DNA of 64,000 nt from an uncultured Bacteroidota bacterium (GTDB lineage: Bacteria > Bacteroidota > Bacteroidia > Bacteroidales > M50B96), in the NCBI GenBank assembly GCA_937954085.1, contig CALGAK010000124.1, positions 1,278-65,277 on the forward strand, written 5' to 3'. Of the stretch, positions 37,796 to 46,783 are shown piece after piece (positions within the stretch are counted from its first letter, which is position 1; the number at the start of each line of letters is the position of its first letter). Under the pieces are notes generated by a model. It was given only the letters and a program-made list of their open reading frames with translations, was not told where the DNA came from and did not search any database. The position numbers and the translations under genes are program-made.

Positions 37796-38656
37796 ATGAA
37801 TACGCAATCGAATAGTTACACGTTTATTTTCGCTGCTGTGATGGTGCTTATTGTAGCGGCCATCCTATCCTTTACAGCGTTCAACTTACAACCTTTGCAG
37901 GAGCAAAATGTAAAGGTCGAGAAGTATCAAAACATCCTGGCCAGTGTGAAAATTGAGAGCACCCCAGCAAATGCCGAGGAGCTTTTCAATCAATACATTA
38001 CAGGCGACATGGTACTCGACGCAAATGGCAATGTGTTGGACGGAAAAGGCTTTGATGTTAAGCTGAAGCCCGAAGTTGACCTGATGTACGAGGCCAAGCG
38101 ACTGGTAAGTGAATTGGGCAAAGTATCTGCCGACCAAAAAGCTTCCATCGAAGAGCAACTTGCAACGATTAAAACCGAGCGCCGTTTGCCACTCTTTACC
38201 TGCTCGAAGGAAGATGGTGACTTCATCATCATTCCGGTACAAGGGAAAGGCTTGTGGGGTCCTATTTGGGGATTTGTTTCCCTCGAAATGGATTACAACA
38301 CCATTTACGGAGCCATTTTCGCTCACAAAGGAGAAACCCCTGGTTTGGGAGCTGAAATTGATCAGACTTGGTTCCAAGAACCCTTTCAGGGAAAGAAAAT
38401 TTTCAAAGCAGATGGGACTTTTGTAGGAATTAATGTTTACAAAGGAGGATTTGAAGCAGTTGGCGATTTCGACCATGGAATCGATGGCATATCTGGCGGA
38501 ACGATCACCAGTGTGGGGTTAGAAGCCATGATTAAAGATTGTTTAGTTGATTATGCTCCTTATTTCAAAGCCCAAATGGCAAAGGAATCATCTGAACCGG
38601 AAGAAGTTAGCGAACCGGAAGTATCTGAAGCAGTTACGAATAGTCAAGAAATTTAA
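37796..38656 (+). CDS. nqrC: Na+-NQR subunit C
   Basis: Single N-terminal TM helix and an FMN-binding domain with GLWGPIWGF, GETPGLGAEI and DGISGGTITS. It has an acidic C-terminal tail. Confidence 0.85.
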   Translation: MNTQSNSYTFIFAAVMVLIVAAILSFTAFNLQPLQEQNVKVEKYQNILASVKIESTPANAEELFNQYITGDMVLDANGNVLDGKGFDVKLKPEVDLMYEAKRLVSELGKVSADQKASIEEQLATIKTERRLPLFTCSKEDGDFIIIPVQGKGLWGPIWGFVSLEMDYNTIYGAIFAHKGETPGLGAEIDQTWFQEPFQGKKIFKADGTFVGINVYKGGFEAVGDFDHGIDGISGGTITSVGLEAMIKDCLVDYAPYFKAQMAKESSEPEEVSEPEVSEAVTNSQEI

Positions 38657-38668
38657 AGAAGGAATCTT

Positions 38669-39301
38669 ATGAGTTTGTTATCACCTAAAGAAGTAAAGCT
38701 GCTAACCAATCCGCTGAACATCGACAACCCTATTACCACCCAGGTATTGGGAATTTGTTCAGCCCTCGCAGTAACCGTTAAACTGAAGCCCGCCTTTGTG
38801 TTGGCTATCTCAGTAATCGCTGTATTAACCATTGCCAACGTGGTTGTTTCCTTACTCCGCAATGCTATTCCAAACCGGATCCGAATCATTGTTCAGCTGG
38901 TTGTTATTGCATCGCTGGTTATTTTGGTCGACCAGGTTCTCAAAGCGTATGTTTACGATATCAGCAAGCAATTATCGGTATTCGTTGGTCTTATCATCAC
39001 CAACTGTATCATCATGGGTCGTTTAGAGGCATTCGCACTTGGAAATAAACCGTGGCCATCTTTCCTCGACGGATTAGGAAACGGAGCCGGCTATGGTGTC
39101 ATTCTGCTCATCGTTGCCTTTTTCCGCGAATTATTTGGATCAGGAACCGTTTGGGATTATCCAGTTTTCGAAAACATCGGATTGTACTCCATTGGTTATG
39201 TTAACAATGGATTAATGATTTTACCTCCAATGGCTCTGATCGTTGTGGGTATTATCATCTGGATTCAAAGGCATTATTCACGTGAATTGATTGAAAAATA
39301 A
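38669..39301 (+). CDS. nqrD: Na+-NQR subunit D
   Basis: 210 aa with six TM helices. [17 protein letters not shown] is typical of NqrD/RnfE. Confidence 0.9.
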   Translation: MSLLSPKEVKLLTNPLNIDNPITTQVLGICSALAVTVKLKPAFVLAISVIAVLTIANVVVSLLRNAIPNRIRIIVQLVVIASLVILVDQVLKAYVYDISKQLSVFVGLIITNCIIMGRLEAFALGNKPWPSFLDGLGNGAGYGVILLIVAFFRELFGSGTVWDYPVFENIGLYSIGYVNNGLMILPPMALIVVGIIIWIQRHYSRELIEK

Positions 39302-39317
39302 ATAAGTCGGAAGCATT

Positions 39318-39938
39318 ATGGAAGAATTACTCAATATTTTCACCAAGTCGATCTTTATCGACAACATGATTTTCGCCTACTTCTTAGGCATGTGCTCGTA
39401 TCTGGCCGTTTCTAAAACGGTCGAAACCTCTACCGGATTGGGTATTGCCGTTATATTCGTACTCGGGATTACCGTTCCAGTTAACTACCTCATCGAAAAT
39501 TTCATCCTTAAAAAAGGAGCATTAGATTGGTTGTTGGGCGATGCTGCAGCAAGCCTCGACTTGAGCTTTCTAAGCTTCATCATGTTTATTGCGGTTATTG
39601 CTTCCATGGTGCAGTTAGTCGAAATGATCATCGAGAAAGTATCTCCTTCACTCTATGCTGCCTTAGGAATTTTCCTTCCGTTAATTGCTGTAAACTGCGC
39701 CATTTTAGGGGGAGCTTTATTCATGCAAGAGCGTGAATATTCGAGCATTGCCGAAGCATCGGTTTTCGGATTGGGCTCCGGAATTGGTTGGTTCCTGGCA
39801 GTAGTGGGAATTGCAGCTATTCGCGAAAAACTTAAATATTCCAATGTCCCCGCTCCAATGCGTGGTTTAGGAATCACCTTCATTGCGACCGGCCTCATGG
39901 GTATTGCCTTCATGAGCTTTATGGGTATTAAATTATAA
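39318..39938 (+). CDS. nqrE: Na+-NQR subunit E
   Basis: 206 aa with six TM helices. [21 protein letters not shown] and [14 protein letters not shown] are typical of NqrE/RnfA. Confidence 0.9.
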   Translation: MEELLNIFTKSIFIDNMIFAYFLGMCSYLAVSKTVETSTGLGIAVIFVLGITVPVNYLIENFILKKGALDWLLGDAAASLDLSFLSFIMFIAVIASMVQLVEMIIEKVSPSLYAALGIFLPLIAVNCAILGGALFMQEREYSSIAEASVFGLGSGIGWFLAVVGIAAIREKLKYSNVPAPMRGLGITFIATGLMGIAFMSFMGIKL

Positions 39939-39950
39939 AACTTTTCAAGA

Positions 39951-41225
39951 ATGTTCCATATGTTATTATTAGAAGCAGGCGCTGGCATTACTACGGTAAT
40001 GACCCTGAGTATTGTTGCATTCCTAGTAATTATTCTCTTACTCGTTGCGATTCTCTTATACGCAAAAGCCAAACTACTTCCCTCGGGCGAAGTTAAACTG
40101 ACTATCAACGACGACCGGGAGTTAACCATCCAACCAGGTGCAACTATCCTCGGTGCCCTTTCCGAAAACAAGATTTTCCTTCCATCGGCTTGCGGTGGCG
40201 GAGGAACGTGCGCCATGTGTAAGTGTCAGGTCTTCGAAGGTGGTGGAGAAATCCTCCCAACCGAAAAAGGATTCTTTACCCGCAAAGAGATTCAAGACAA
40301 TTGGCGTTTAGGATGCCAGGTTAAGATTAAAGAGGATATGAAAATCGGTATTCACGCCGAAATCCTCGGAATCAAGAAATGGGAATGCGAGGTAGTTTCC
40401 AACCACAATGTGGCTACCTTTATTAAAGAGTTCGTGGTTAAGCTTCCCGAAGGTGAAGTCCTCGACTTCAAATCGGGTGGTTACATCCAGATTGATGTTC
40501 CGAAGATCGATGTCGATTTCAAAGACATGGAAGTCGAAGAAGAATATCGCGACGAATGGGAGAAATTCAATATGTTCGACCTTAAAATGTCGAATCCGGA
40601 GCCAACCTACCGCGCTTATTCCATGGCTTCGCACCCAGCCGAAAATACTATCATCATGTTGAATATCCGGATTGCAACCCCACCATGGGATAAAGCAAAA
40701 GGTGGTTTTGCGAATGTAAATCCAGGAATTTGTAGCTCCTTCATCTTTAGTCGCAAACCAGGCGATAAAGTGATGATTTCCGGACCGTACGGTGAATTCT
40801 TCATCAAAGAAACCCAACGCGAAATGATGTTTATTGGTGGTGGAGCAGGAATGGCTCCAATGCGCTCGCACATTTTCCACCTCTTCCATACCGTTAAAAC
40901 CGGACGAAAAGCCACCTTCTGGTATGGAGCACGTTCGAAACGAGAAGTATTCTACGAAGAACACTTCCGCGCTATCGAAAAAGAATTCCCGAACTTCAAG
41001 TTCTACATTGCTCTGTCGGAACCAAAAGAAGAAGATAACTGGACCGGACATACCGGATTTATCCACCAGGTTATCATCGATAATTACTTGAGCAAACACG
41101 ATGAACCGGAAGATATCGAATACTACCTCTGCGGACCACCCATGATGAACGATGCCGTAAACAAAATGCTTTACGACTTTGGAGTGCCCGATGAAATGAT
41201 TGCATTCGACGATTTTGGAGGATAA
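39951..41225 (+). CDS. nqrF: Na+-NQR subunit F
   Basis: N-terminal TM helix, 2Fe-2S motif CGGGGTCAMCKC, FAD motif RAYSMAS and NADH motif GGGAGMAPM. Confidence 0.9.
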   Translation: MFHMLLLEAGAGITTVMTLSIVAFLVIILLLVAILLYAKAKLLPSGEVKLTINDDRELTIQPGATILGALSENKIFLPSACGGGGTCAMCKCQVFEGGGEILPTEKGFFTRKEIQDNWRLGCQVKIKEDMKIGIHAEILGIKKWECEVVSNHNVATFIKEFVVKLPEGEVLDFKSGGYIQIDVPKIDVDFKDMEVEEEYRDEWEKFNMFDLKMSNPEPTYRAYSMASHPAENTIIMLNIRIATPPWDKAKGGFANVNPGICSSFIFSRKPGDKVMISGPYGEFFIKETQREMMFIGGGAGMAPMRSHIFHLFHTVKTGRKATFWYGARSKREVFYEEHFRAIEKEFPNFKFYIALSEPKEEDNWTGHTGFIHQVIIDNYLSKHDEPEDIEYYLCGPPMMNDAVNKMLYDFGVPDEMIAFDDFGG

Positions 41226-41244
41226 GATATTCATCACTCAAGAG

Positions 41245-41276
41245 AAAAGGCGACAGAATAATCTGTCGCCTTTTTT
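41245..41276 (+). terminator. Intrinsic terminator after nqrF
   Basis: Stem ggcgacag / ctgtcgcc flanked by AAAA and TTTTTT, with a 6-nt loop. Confidence 0.8.
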
Positions 41277-41318
41277 CATTTACTACCCGTTTCAACGACC
41301 AATTCATAACCCAAAAAC

Positions 41319-43586
41319 ATGGTAAATCGAATCCTGCTGGCACTCGTTCTTCTGAGCTCGCTTTTAACTGCTTGCCAACCTGACCCCGAATCAAACCAAA
41401 CGCTGCATTCCATCATCCCCAAACCCCAATCGGTGCAAGCCAAAGATGGATTTTTTAAGTGGGATCATTCGCTTCCGGTTTTTTATAACTCGGAAGGACT
41501 AAAACCCGAAGCCAGCTACTTGCAGGATTATCTCTTTCAACAAACCGGCGTTCAACCAGAGATAAAACAAGTAACCGGCAACAACCAGTCAGAAGGTATC
41601 TATCTACTCCTTTCAGACAGTTGTCAATTCGAATCGCCCGAAGGGTATCACCTCGCCATCGAAAAGTCGTTCATACAAATAACTGCGCGAGAGCCAAGCG
41701 GCATCTTCTATGGAATTCAAAGTTTGTGGCAGCTACTGCCGGCCAACTTCCACTCGGAACAAGCTGAATCGATCAATCTCATCCCTTGCGGCGAGATAAC
41801 CGACGAACCCGCTTTTATCTGGCGCGGCATGTTACTCGATTGTTCGCGCCATTTCATGGAAGTCGATTTTATAAAACGTTACCTCGATTTACTGGCCTTA
41901 CATAAAATGAATCGTTTCCATTGGCACTTAACCGAAGATCAGGGTTGGAGAATCGAAATAAAACAATATCCCCGACTTACCGAGCACGGAGCCTGGAGAA
42001 TCGAGGAGGACGGAAGCCGTTACGGAGGTTATTACACCCAGGAAGAAATTCGCGAAGTGGTAGCTTACGCACGTGAACGTCACATCGAAGTAGTGCCGGA
42101 AATTGAGTTACCCGGCCACTCCGTTGCAGCCATCTCCAGCTACCCGCATTTATCGTGTACCGGCGATTCCATTCCAGTGGCTAATCGCTGGGGTGTTTTT
42201 AAGGATATTTACTGCGCCGGTCAGGAATCGACCTTCGAATTCCTCGAAAATGTTCTGGCCGAAGTAATGGAACTTTTCCCCTACGAATACATTCACATTG
42301 GAGGCGACGAAGCTCCTACATACCGTTGGGAGCATTGCGAACATTGTCAAAACCGAATCAAGCAGGAAGGGTTAGAAAGCGAACTGGAGCTACAAAACTA
42401 TTTCATCCAGCGAATTGAAACCTTCGTGTCTCAGCATGGGAAACGAATCATTGGCTGGGACGAAATACTCGAAGGCGGATTAAGCGAACAAGCCACGGTG
42501 CAATCCTGGCGGGGTTTCGAAGGAGCGCAGGAAGCGGCCCATCAGGGACATGCAGCCATCGTTTCCCCAACAAGCCACGCTTATTTCGATTACCCCCTCG
42601 AATCGATCGACTTGAAAAAAGTGTATCATTTCAATCCCATTCCAAGCTCGCTCGAACCTGCTTATCATGCTTTCATCCTCGGCGGAGAATGCAATATGTG
42701 GACCGAGAGAGCGCCTCAATCGGAAGTGGACGACCGGATGTTTCCGCGAATGCTGGCTATGGCTGAAGCTCTTTGGACCGGACCCGCTGAGAAAGATTTC
42801 CCTGAGTTTCATGAGCGAGTTCAAAGACACTATAACCTGCTCGATGCGCTAGATGTAGCCTACGGATTGGAAAGCACGGCACTGTTTATTCGCTCCGAAT
42901 TCGATTCAAGCAAAGAATCTTTTCAAATTGAATTACTCAGTTCGCAACCGGGATATCAGATTCACTTCAGCCTCGATGGAACCAATCCGCTCGAAAACGG
43001 ACAAGTCTATCTCAAGCCCATTGAACTAAATCGAACTGCTGTTTTGCACTTAGTAGCAACCAAAGCATCCGGTGGTCGGGAACATCATCTTATACAAAAT
43101 TTTTACCTACACAAAGGCCTGAAAAAAGCAGTTAACTTCGTCTATCCTTTTCACGATAATTACCCCGGGAATGACCCTAATATTCTGACCAATGGATTGG
43201 GCGGCTCGCTTAATTTCCGCGATGGCGAGTGGCAAGGATTCTACGGAACTCCTGTTATTGCCCTAGTCGATTTGCAGGAACCGGTGGAGCTGAGCTCCGT
43301 TTCGGGTAACTTTCTTCAGTCAACCTTATCGTGGATTTACCTCCCGAAATCAATCCGCCTGTTTGGCTCGACCGATGGAGAAACATTTACAGAGATTGCA
43401 AGTGAAATAGTATCTTCCAATCCGCGAAGCTATGAAACTCAAATCCATCCTTACAAAATTGAATTTAAACCTGTTAGCTATCGCTGGTACCGACTCGAAG
43501 CCGACAATTTTGGTCCTAATCCAGCATGGCACGATGCTGCCGGAGCCGATTCATGGCTTTTTACCGATGAAATCATTCTTGAATAA
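41319..43586 (+). CDS. Beta-N-acetylhexosaminidase (GH20) lipoprotein with a C-terminal discoidin-like domain
   Basis: Lipobox LLSSLLTAC; HWHLTEDQGWRIE and IHIGGDE GH20 catalytic motifs; C-terminal region of about 150 aa. Confidence 0.8.
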   Translation: MVNRILLALVLLSSLLTACQPDPESNQTLHSIIPKPQSVQAKDGFFKWDHSLPVFYNSEGLKPEASYLQDYLFQQTGVQPEIKQVTGNNQSEGIYLLLSDSCQFESPEGYHLAIEKSFIQITAREPSGIFYGIQSLWQLLPANFHSEQAESINLIPCGEITDEPAFIWRGMLLDCSRHFMEVDFIKRYLDLLALHKMNRFHWHLTEDQGWRIEIKQYPRLTEHGAWRIEEDGSRYGGYYTQEEIREVVAYARERHIEVVPEIELPGHSVAAISSYPHLSCTGDSIPVANRWGVFKDIYCAGQESTFEFLENVLAEVMELFPYEYIHIGGDEAPTYRWEHCEHCQNRIKQEGLESELELQNYFIQRIETFVSQHGKRIIGWDEILEGGLSEQATVQSWRGFEGAQEAAHQGHAAIVSPTSHAYFDYPLESIDLKKVYHFNPIPSSLEPAYHAFILGGECNMWTERAPQSEVDDRMFPRMLAMAEALWTGPAEKDFPEFHERVQRHYNLLDALDVAYGLESTALFIRSEFDSSKESFQIELLSSQPGYQIHFSLDGTNPLENGQVYLKPIELNRTAVLHLVATKASGGREHHLIQNFYLHKGLKKAVNFVYPFHDNYPGNDPNILTNGLGGSLNFRDGEWQGFYGTPVIALVDLQEPVELSSVSGNFLQSTLSWIYLPKSIRLFGSTDGETFTEIASEIVSSNPRSYETQIHPYKIEFKPVSYRWYRLEADNFGPNPAWHDAAGADSWLFTDEIILE

Positions 43587-43598
43587 AACCATAATAGC

Positions 43599-46229
43599 AT
43601 GATTGCTCTGTCCCGAAACCTGATTTTCCTACTCACATTTTTTTACCTCACTAGTTGCACTGAAAAAGGAGCACACCTTATCCATGATTCAAGCTACCTA
43701 AGCTTGATTGAGCAGCAATACCAGGAAACGCTCCAGCTATTGCAGGATCAGGAATCTGGCTTTATGGACATCAACCTAAAAGAGTTGACCCGCGAAGAGC
43801 AAGAGGCGTTTCAGTTTTTAATGGCAGGGATGCCACTCACCGATTTAGCCGATTATACGGCTTCGTATTTCTTAAAAAATATTCAAATCGCCCTCGAGGC
43901 CAGAAGTGATTTTGCCTATAGAGCTGAAATTCCCGAAGAGATTTTTCTTCACTATGTTTTGCCCCCTCGAATCAACAATGAAAACCTCGACCATTTTCGG
44001 AATGAATATTACCCAGAGTTAGCTGCGCGGGTAGCAGGAATGGAATTGGAGCAAGCCGCTATGGAGGTTAACCATTGGTGCCAGGAGCGAGTTTCCTATC
44101 AGGCAGCCGATATTCGGACCTCGGGTCCGATGGCAACTTTGCTGAACGGGCGTGGTCGTTGTGGAGAACAATCGACCCTGTTAACTGCTGCCCTCCGAAC
44201 CATTGGGATTCCTGCACGGCAAGTTTATGTTCCACGTTGGGCCCACACCGACGATAATCACGCCTGGGTGGAAGTTTTTATCGATGGGAAATGGAGCTAC
44301 ACCGGAGGCTGCGAACCCGCACCGGATTTTAATCAAGGATGGTTTAGTGGTCCGGCGAAACGAGCCATGCTGGTTCATACCAAAGCCTATGGGCCCTATC
44401 GTGGAGACGAAGCTATTATCCGGCAAACACCCTATTTTGCCGAACTGAATGTATTGGCGCATTATGCTCAAACCCGAAATGTATCCATCCAGGTAGCCGA
44501 CAATTTCGGTGGAAAGGTGGGAGGAGCTTCCGTTCGGATTGGTTTGTATAACTATGCCGAATTCTATCCCTTAGCTACTTATCAATCGCAGACCGAACGT
44601 CCTGTTTCCTTCACTACCGGCAATGGCGATTTGTGGGTGGAGGCATCGAAAGGGGATGCATGGGGAATTGAAAAATTGAGCGCTGAGGCAAACGAATTAA
44701 CCATCGTTTTGAATCGAGCAATAGGCGACCGCTTCAGCCTCGACGAGGAGTTTACGCCACCCTTGCCTATTGAGGTAGAATCTACTTCGGACGAAACCTG
44801 CGAATTCCGGTTAATCCAGGGCGATAGCTTGCGCAATGCTTATAAATCGGGATTCTTGAGCAAGAATGAAGCAACAGCGCTGGCTCTGAGTTGGGGAGCC
44901 GACACTAGCGCACTCCTTCCTATCCTGGCTCGCTCCGAAGGAAATCATACTGCCGTAACGCAATTTATTCGAAAAGGATTAGCCGAACGCTACTCCATCA
45001 ACCTCATTACACAACTCCTCCTTTCCATATCCGATAAAGATTTACGCGATACTCCTTCGGAAGTTTTGTTCGACCACTTGGTTTACTCCGAGCTGAGTAG
45101 CCTCGACCATTCCATCGATTCCTTTTATCGAGCTTATGTTTTGTCGCCTCGCATCGGCCGAGAGAAACTTAGTCCATTTAGATCCTTCTTTCTCGAAAAC
45201 ATCGATGCTCGTTTAATGAATGAGTTTGAGGTTAATCCTGAAACTCTTTTAGCCTGGGTTAAGCAAGAAATTATGGTAGAAGAAGAGCGCGCGTATTACG
45301 ATCTGCCTTCCACTCCGATTGGAGTTTATACGCTAAAACAGTGTAATCGGGAATCGCGCGACATATTTTTGGTAGCGCTTTGTCGGAGTCTTGGCATTCC
45401 GTCGCGTCTGGAAGAGGGAACGAACCGTGTGCAGATACACTGGAAAGGGCAATGGATGGATGCGAATCTTTCAACCGGGCGTTTAAGGGAAATTGCACGC
45501 AGCGAAGTAGTGATTCTCTTGAACGATTCAAACGCCGGGGCTTCGTATTTTGAAAATTTTGCCTTAGCCCGATGGACCGGCAGTCATTTCGAAAGCCTCG
45601 ATTTTGGCTATTATTATCCACTTGCGAAACGAAATCAGTTTAAGCTTGAGCCGGGGTACTATCGTCTTTTAACATCGCTACGCGACTCCAAAGGAACGAT
45701 TCATACCCGCCAGCACTATTTTATGCTAGGAGAAGGAGAGCAGCAGACCCACGTGCTAGCCTTCCCTCAGGAAAAGCCACGGGAAGCATTAAACGCTACC
45801 TTAAACCCTGCCTATGAAATTACTCGTCCGGGAGAAACCACTATAAGCCTAGTGGATTATGTAAAGAGCCATCCCAAATCGGTTGTTTTGCGCATAAATC
45901 CGGAGCAGGAACCTAGCCGTCACGTTATAAAAGAATTAAACGAAGCCTTGCCTGCCTTGCAACAAGCCCAAATTTCATTAATCCTAATTGTTCCTAACGC
46001 TGGCTACCTCGAAGAAACAGCTCAATATTTTGATGCCTTGGCGCAATACGCTCATTTTTATATCAGTCCACGATTCGAGGAAGCTATGAGCAGCGAATTC
46101 GAAGAAACTCCCTACCAAGGAATTCGAGATTTGCCCAACGTGATGGCTATCGATAGTGATGGAAAACCCATTTATTACTCCGAAGGCTATGAAATTGGAC
46201 GAGGACGAAATCTTTGGAAAGTATTTTAA
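43599..46229 (+). CDS. Transglutaminase-fold (PNGase-core-like) lipoprotein, 876 aa
   Basis: Lipobox FFYLTSC. The core reads GRGRCGEQSTLLTAALRTIGIPARQVYVPRWAHTDDNHAWVEVFIDGKWSYTGGCEP, with Cys at 44160-44162. Confidence 0.65.
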   Translation: MIALSRNLIFLLTFFYLTSCTEKGAHLIHDSSYLSLIEQQYQETLQLLQDQESGFMDINLKELTREEQEAFQFLMAGMPLTDLADYTASYFLKNIQIALEARSDFAYRAEIPEEIFLHYVLPPRINNENLDHFRNEYYPELAARVAGMELEQAAMEVNHWCQERVSYQAADIRTSGPMATLLNGRGRCGEQSTLLTAALRTIGIPARQVYVPRWAHTDDNHAWVEVFIDGKWSYTGGCEPAPDFNQGWFSGPAKRAMLVHTKAYGPYRGDEAIIRQTPYFAELNVLAHYAQTRNVSIQVADNFGGKVGGASVRIGLYNYAEFYPLATYQSQTERPVSFTTGNGDLWVEASKGDAWGIEKLSAEANELTIVLNRAIGDRFSLDEEFTPPLPIEVESTSDETCEFRLIQGDSLRNAYKSGFLSKNEATALALSWGADTSALLPILARSEGNHTAVTQFIRKGLAERYSINLITQLLLSISDKDLRDTPSEVLFDHLVYSELSSLDHSIDSFYRAYVLSPRIGREKLSPFRSFFLENIDARLMNEFEVNPETLLAWVKQEIMVEEERAYYDLPSTPIGVYTLKQCNRESRDIFLVALCRSLGIPSRLEEGTNRVQIHWKGQWMDANLSTGRLREIARSEVVILLNDSNAGASYFENFALARWTGSHFESLDFGYYYPLAKRNQFKLEPGYYRLLTSLRDSKGTIHTRQHYFMLGEGEQQTHVLAFPQEKPREALNATLNPAYEITRPGETTISLVDYVKSHPKSVVLRINPEQEPSRHVIKELNEALPALQQAQISLILIVPNAGYLEETAQYFDALAQYAHFYISPRFEEAMSSEFEETPYQGIRDLPNVMAIDSDGKPIYYSEGYEIGRGRNLWKVF

Positions 46230-46323
46230 ATCAAGTTACTCAAGGATTATCAACAGACGATTAAAAATTTGTAACATTGCATTTGGAGAGAACTAAACAC
46301 TAAACATTAAATCCAATCATACC

Positions 46324-46776
46324 GTGAAACTGTCTGCATTTTCTATTATCCTATTCACGCTGTTAATATGCTTTACCTCCTGCTCCGAGGCCGACGAAGT
46401 GGCCAATAATCTGGAAGGGAGTTGGAATATTGCCGTCTATCAAAAAACTGTTTATCAGGGCACTACCTTAAACCTCGAGGAATCGGGCACCTTTGAAAAT
46501 AAGGGTCAAATAGAATTTAACTCGAATGGGAAAGGCTACTACAATGTTTTGGAAGATTTAGGAGCAGGCACTTACTACGGATCGGGGGAATTCACCTGGA
46601 CCAATACAGCCGATGAAGTTTCGATTATTTCGGGTTTTGAAACGAAAAACTTTTCGATTGTCGAATCGGGAAAATCGACCTTTGAACTCGAACGGGAAGT
46701 GAGTGATTTTTACTTTCCCGGAAGTGAACCGGGAGTAAGTTACTCCATGATTGAACGACTTGTTCTGGAAAAATAA
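46324..46776 (+). CDS. Small lipoprotein, lipocalin-like
   Basis: GTG start, lipobox LLICFTSC followed by SEADE, and a beta-rich 130-aa body with a LEGSWNI start typical of lipocalin-like domains. Confidence 0.45.
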   Translation: MKLSAFSIILFTLLICFTSCSEADEVANNLEGSWNIAVYQKTVYQGTTLNLEESGTFENKGQIEFNSNGKGYYNVLEDLGAGTYYGSGEFTWTNTADEVSIISGFETKNFSIVESGKSTFELEREVSDFYFPGSEPGVSYSMIERLVLEK

Positions 46777-46783
46777 TACCGCC

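Noticed and set aside
37886-38476. 196-aa ORF antisense to nqrC (and similarly 39653-40216 antisense to nqrE/nqrF)
   Set aside because: These are shadow ORFs lying entirely inside well-supported nqr genes, and I recognise no motifs in them.
40308-41237. 309-aa ORF antisense to nqrF
   Set aside because: The opposite strand encodes NqrF with unambiguous 2Fe-2S, FAD and NADH motifs. The antisense product is Phe/His/Val-rich with no motif, as expected for a shadow ORF in the complementary frame of a codon-biased gene.
46751-46783. N-terminal extensions proposed by the ORF track from non-ATG starts. This one, plus 4330-4368, 7050-7088, 23305-23310, 32664-32687, 50671-50688, 58368-58433 and 63025-63057.
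   Set aside because: In each case an internal ATG gives a canonical N-terminus: a signal peptide or lipobox, [10 protein letters not shown] for MetK, or MIRRRHTQSV for IspG. Where I checked, the upstream start is a TTG. For ispG the extension would overlap the candidate -7 promoter element.
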